Program-made: the position numbers and the translations under genes
Source: Candidatus Methylomirabilia bacterium
Lineage (GTDB): Bacteria; Methylomirabilota; Methylomirabilia; Rokubacteriales; CSP1-6
Length of the DNA stretch: 64,000 nucleotides
Direction of reading: 5' to 3'
NCBI GenBank assembly: GCA_041496385.1
Contig: JBGQEL010000001.1
Span: forward strand, 32,001-96,000
In this document: positions 61,317-64,000 of the stretch, one piece after another
Layout: each line of letters opens with the position of its first letter
How positions within the stretch are numbered: the first letter of the stretch is position 1
The notes under the pieces: model-generated
Seen by the model: the letters and a program-made list of their open reading frames with translations, nothing else
The model's database searches: none
Told to the model about the DNA's origin: nothing

Positions 61317-61705
61317 TGCTGGCCCTTCCGGCGAACGGCCTGAAGCGGATCCTGGCCCTCGGCGCCTACGCGGTCACGATCTTCACGACCCTCGTGGGGG
61401 GCGGCTTCAAGGCCTCGAGCTGGATCGACCAGCGCAACGACCAGCGCTATGCCAAGCGCGACGAGCTCGGGACCGTCCGCCAGGACGTGAAGGACATCAA
61501 GTGCACCGGGCTCGCCCTGAAGCTCGGCCAGCTCCGGACCCAGGAGATCCTGCTCGTGAATCAGCAGACACAGATGGAGCTCGCGCGGCGGACTCGCCTG
61601 CTGACGTCCACCGAGGTCCAGCTCTACGGCGAAAACGTGCGCGAGCTCGACGCGATCGCGCAGCAGCGCAAGGCGTTCACCGAGCGCCGGGAGTGCCCAT
61701 CATGA
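61313..61705 (+). CDS. TM plus coiled-coil protein (lysis-module candidate)
   Basis: N-terminal TM helix, heptad-like C-terminus with two Cys. Confidence 0.65.
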   Translation: MMLALPANGLKRILALGAYAVTIFTTLVGGGFKASSWIDQRNDQRYAKRDELGTVRQDVKDIKCTGLALKLGQLRTQEILLVNQQTQMELARRTRLLTSTEVQLYGENVRELDAIAQQRKAFTERRECPS

Positions 61706-62043
61706 CCGTCGGGCAGTTCGCCGAGGCCGTCGCCGTCTATCGCCGCAAGTACGACGCCTCCGAAACCTCCGCCGGCCGCACCGACGCGCATTCGATCGCT
61801 GTCGGGGGCGTCGCCGGCGACGCGCACAATTGGGATCTCGGCCGGGATCTCGTCTATCCGCACGGCCCCAACCGCAAGGGCGCCGAGACACACCCGCGCC
61901 TGCCGCACTCGTGTCCGCTGTGCTCGGAGAACGGGCTCAAGGTCATCCACGAGTCCGCCCCCGCCCACGATCATCTGCAGCCGGCGGACTTCCCTGCCGG
62001 CTCCGTGGCGATCTACGACGGCGTCCGGAAAACCTGGACCTAA
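61702..62043 (+). CDS. Peptidase M15-like (Zn DD-peptidase fold) endolysin candidate
   Basis: TSAGRT..H...VGG....H......D and HDH motifs. Confidence 0.65.
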   Translation: MTVGQFAEAVAVYRRKYDASETSAGRTDAHSIAVGGVAGDAHNWDLGRDLVYPHGPNRKGAETHPRLPHSCPLCSENGLKVIHESAPAHDHLQPADFPAGSVAIYDGVRKTWT

Positions 62044-62061
62044 CACGCTGAGGAGGATCCC

Positions 62062-62709
62062 GTGGACAAGCTGAAGCAAAACTGGAAGACCAGCGCGGTC
62101 GGCTTCGCCCTTGCGGTGCTCTACTACCTGGGCAACGTCGGCGGCAAGCTCCCGGAGACGAAGGCGGAGATCTACCACCTGGTCGTCGGCGCGCTGCTGG
62201 CGGGCCTCGGGTGGTTCGCCGCGGACGCGGGGCTCCGGATCCCGGGCACCGGCACCGCACCGAAGGCCCTGGTCCTCCTCGCGCTGGTGCCGCTCCTCGC
62301 CGCGTGCGCGGTCACGGCCGCGCTGTCCGTGCTCGATCCCGCCGCCTACGCCAAGCTCATGGCGACCGCGCAGAAGGACGTCCAGCTCGCCATCGACCTG
62401 GCCACGAAAGCGAAGGATCCGGGGGCGCCCTATCGCCTGCGCTGCTACACGACGCTGATCAAGTACACGCAGCCCGCGGCGACCCAGCCGATCGTGCCGG
62501 CGGCCGCGCAGGGCTTGGTGTCGGAATACGAAATCATCGCCGAGGTCGACGCGGCACTCCAAAGCCAGACGAGCGCCCCGTTGATCCCGCTCGACGTGCA
62601 GGCCGACTGCGCCTATGTCAAGGAACGCATCCTACGATTCGCCGCGCGCGTCGGCGCGAAGGTCGCCCCCATTCCCGGCGGGGGCGTGCTCGGAGACTTC
62701 CTGAAGTGA
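62062..62709 (+). CDS. Holin-like N-terminus fused to a lipobox-containing domain
   Basis: GAGGAGG RBS; NWKTSAVG plus two TM helices, then LVLLALVPLLAAC. Confidence 0.65.
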   Translation: MDKLKQNWKTSAVGFALAVLYYLGNVGGKLPETKAEIYHLVVGALLAGLGWFAADAGLRIPGTGTAPKALVLLALVPLLAACAVTAALSVLDPAAYAKLMATAQKDVQLAIDLATKAKDPGAPYRLRCYTTLIKYTQPAATQPIVPAAAQGLVSEYEIIAEVDAALQSQTSAPLIPLDVQADCAYVKERILRFAARVGAKVAPIPGGGVLGDFLK

Positions 62710-63242
62710 TCGCCACCGACCTGCGCGAGGTCCTCCGGCCGGCCGACGTGTTGCTCGTCGGCCGCCGCGGCGGGATCTCCGACGTGATCCGCGCCGTCAC
62801 GCACTCGCAGTACTCGCACGTCGCGATGATCGACCAGACCGCGGGCGGGATCTGGATCGTCCTCGAGGCGACGACGGACGTCCGCGGCGTGGCCGGCCGG
62901 CGCCTCGAGGTCATCACCGACGATCCGACCGTCGAGCACCTGGCGCTCCTCGAGCTCAACAGCGAGGACGGCCTCACGGACCACCAGCGCATGCTGATCA
63001 CGGATGCGGCGTGGCTTCACACCGGCGAGAAGTACTCGAACCTGGTCAACCTCGAGATCCTCAACCACATCGCCGTCGACGCCCACGAGGGTTACAAGAG
63101 CGGCGAGAATTGCGCGCTCATGGTCGCCGTGTCCTATCTGGACACGATCGCCCTGACGCCGATCGACGTCGCCCGGCCGACGCCGGAAGCCTGGCATCTG
63201 AGCCCGCTCATGCGGGAGAAGTGGAGCTCGTCGCGCGCATGA
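62706..63242 (+). CDS. Permuted papain-like NlpC/P60 (YiiX/YaeF-type) enzyme
   Basis: LRPADVLLV, S.VIR.VT.SQYSHVAM, LEA, GEKY, late NCA (His precedes Cys). Confidence 0.8.
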   Translation: MIATDLREVLRPADVLLVGRRGGISDVIRAVTHSQYSHVAMIDQTAGGIWIVLEATTDVRGVAGRRLEVITDDPTVEHLALLELNSEDGLTDHQRMLITDAAWLHTGEKYSNLVNLEILNHIAVDAHEGYKSGENCALMVAVSYLDTIALTPIDVARPTPEAWHLSPLMREKWSSSRA

Positions 63243-64000
63243 ACGCCCTCGTCCTCGGCGGCCTGGCCGTGCTCGCGCTCCGGTGGCTGAAGCCCGCGCC
63301 GGCCGTGGATCCCGCGCACCCGCTCGCGACGTCGACGTCGCTCGCCGCCGGCCAGGCCGGCCAGGGGGCGACCGGCGCGATCGCGACGGGCCAGCAAGCG
63401 CTCCCGGGCTCAGTCGTGACGCTCGACCAGGCGACGGCGCAGGCCTTCCGTGGCTACGCGCGCGGCAATTCGGCCGACTATCAGACCTGGCTCGATCACT
63501 ACGCCGGCGCGCTCGAGGCGCGGCCGACCGGCCTCGTCGTCCACCAGGCGCCCGCCGGCGGCTTCCAGCTCTCCGACCAGATGCTCGCGGCCATCGGGCT
63601 CAAGGCCGCCAAGACGCTGCTCGACGTTCTCAACGGCGCCACCGTCACCCAGGTCGTCATGGATCTGACAGGGCTCGCCTCGCTCCCCGCGTCAGTCGCG
63701 ACCGGCCTGCCGGTGGCGGCGATCATCAGCGTCGGACAGACCTGGATCCAGGCGCTCACGAGCTCCCCGGCGGCGGCGGCCGCGGAGCTCGTCGACGTGC
63801 CCGGCGGGAGCGCGGCCGCGGCCGGCCTGGCGGACGGGACCGTGCAGCTCGTCGACATCACGCCGGCGCTGGCCGCCGAGCCGATCACCGTGGCCGATCT
63901 CACGCCGGCGGCCGCGAGCTCCTTGGAGTCTTCGATCGCCACCGGCGGCGTCGCCACGGGTGGCGAGCTGGTGCTCGAGGCTCCGCCGATCTCGAATCTC
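63239..64000 (+). CDS. N-anchored Ala-rich hypothetical protein (runs off right edge)
   Basis: ATGA coupling; MNALVLGGLAVLALRWLKP; appears open to the window end. Confidence 0.7.
   Translation, partial: MNALVLGGLAVLALRWLKPAPAVDPAHPLATSTSLAAGQAGQGATGAIATGQQALPGSVVTLDQATAQAFRGYARGNSADYQTWLDHYAGALEARPTGLVVHQAPAGGFQLSDQMLAAIGLKAAKTLLDVLNGATVTQVVMDLTGLASLPASVATGLPVAAIISVGQTWIQALTSSPAAAAAELVDVPGGSAAAAGLADGTVQLVDITPALAAEPITVADLTPAAASSLESSIATGGVATGGELVLEAPPISNL

Larger units (their letters stand above)
43579..64000 (+). mobile_element. Integrated provirus, probably tailless and membrane-containing; continues past right edge
   Basis: att-like site, strand switch, tightly coupled ORFs, endonuclease VII, Xis-like HTH, transglycosylase, M15 peptidase, holin-like and jelly-roll-like ORFs. 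Confidence 0.85.

Noticed and set aside
48888..64000. Tailed prophage, gene transfer agent or contractile injection system
   Set aside because: No recognisable terminase, portal, HK97 capsid, sheath, tube, baseplate or tape measure between early and lysis genes; the unseen right part could change this

Overview
The window has two parts. Bases 1 to about 43.5 kb are core chromosome of a very GC-rich diderm bacterium; gene content is suggestive of Rokubacteria/Methylomirabilota, which is an unverified inference. Most genes here lie on the minus strand: a Gfo/Idh/MocA oxidoreductase, lpxA, lpxD, skp, bamA, clpC, lolD/lolE, lysS, prfB (programmed frameshift), lnt, nusB, the rib operon, ftsY, rodZ, smc, secA, recN, nadK, tlyA, a rhomboid protease, two M16 peptidases, a purB-like lyase, a HIT protein, two amidohydrolases and an ArnT-like transferase. 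Plus-strand inserts in this part are a sigma54-driven secreted protein with 28 QD[V/I]QAPR repeats, a trypsin-like protease-rhodanese fusion that appears to read through TGA as selenocysteine, and an unannotated 42-aa zinc-finger ORF. From a tRNA 3'-end remnant at about 43,580 (likely att site) to beyond the right edge lies a translationally coupled plus-strand provirus with no terminase, portal, HK97 capsid or tail genes in view. It carries several related jelly-roll-like beta proteins (one with a visible internal duplication), many small membrane-anchored proteins, a transglutaminase-like Cys protease with candidate GVG cleavage motifs, a membrane-anchored lytic transglycosylase, four signal-peptide-bearing spike-like proteins, a lysis cassette, a structured intergenic RNA-like element and a repeated leader motif. 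It is best read as an apparently undescribed tailless, membrane-containing (Varidnaviria-like) provirus. All family and fold calls come from reading motifs by eye; no searches were run.
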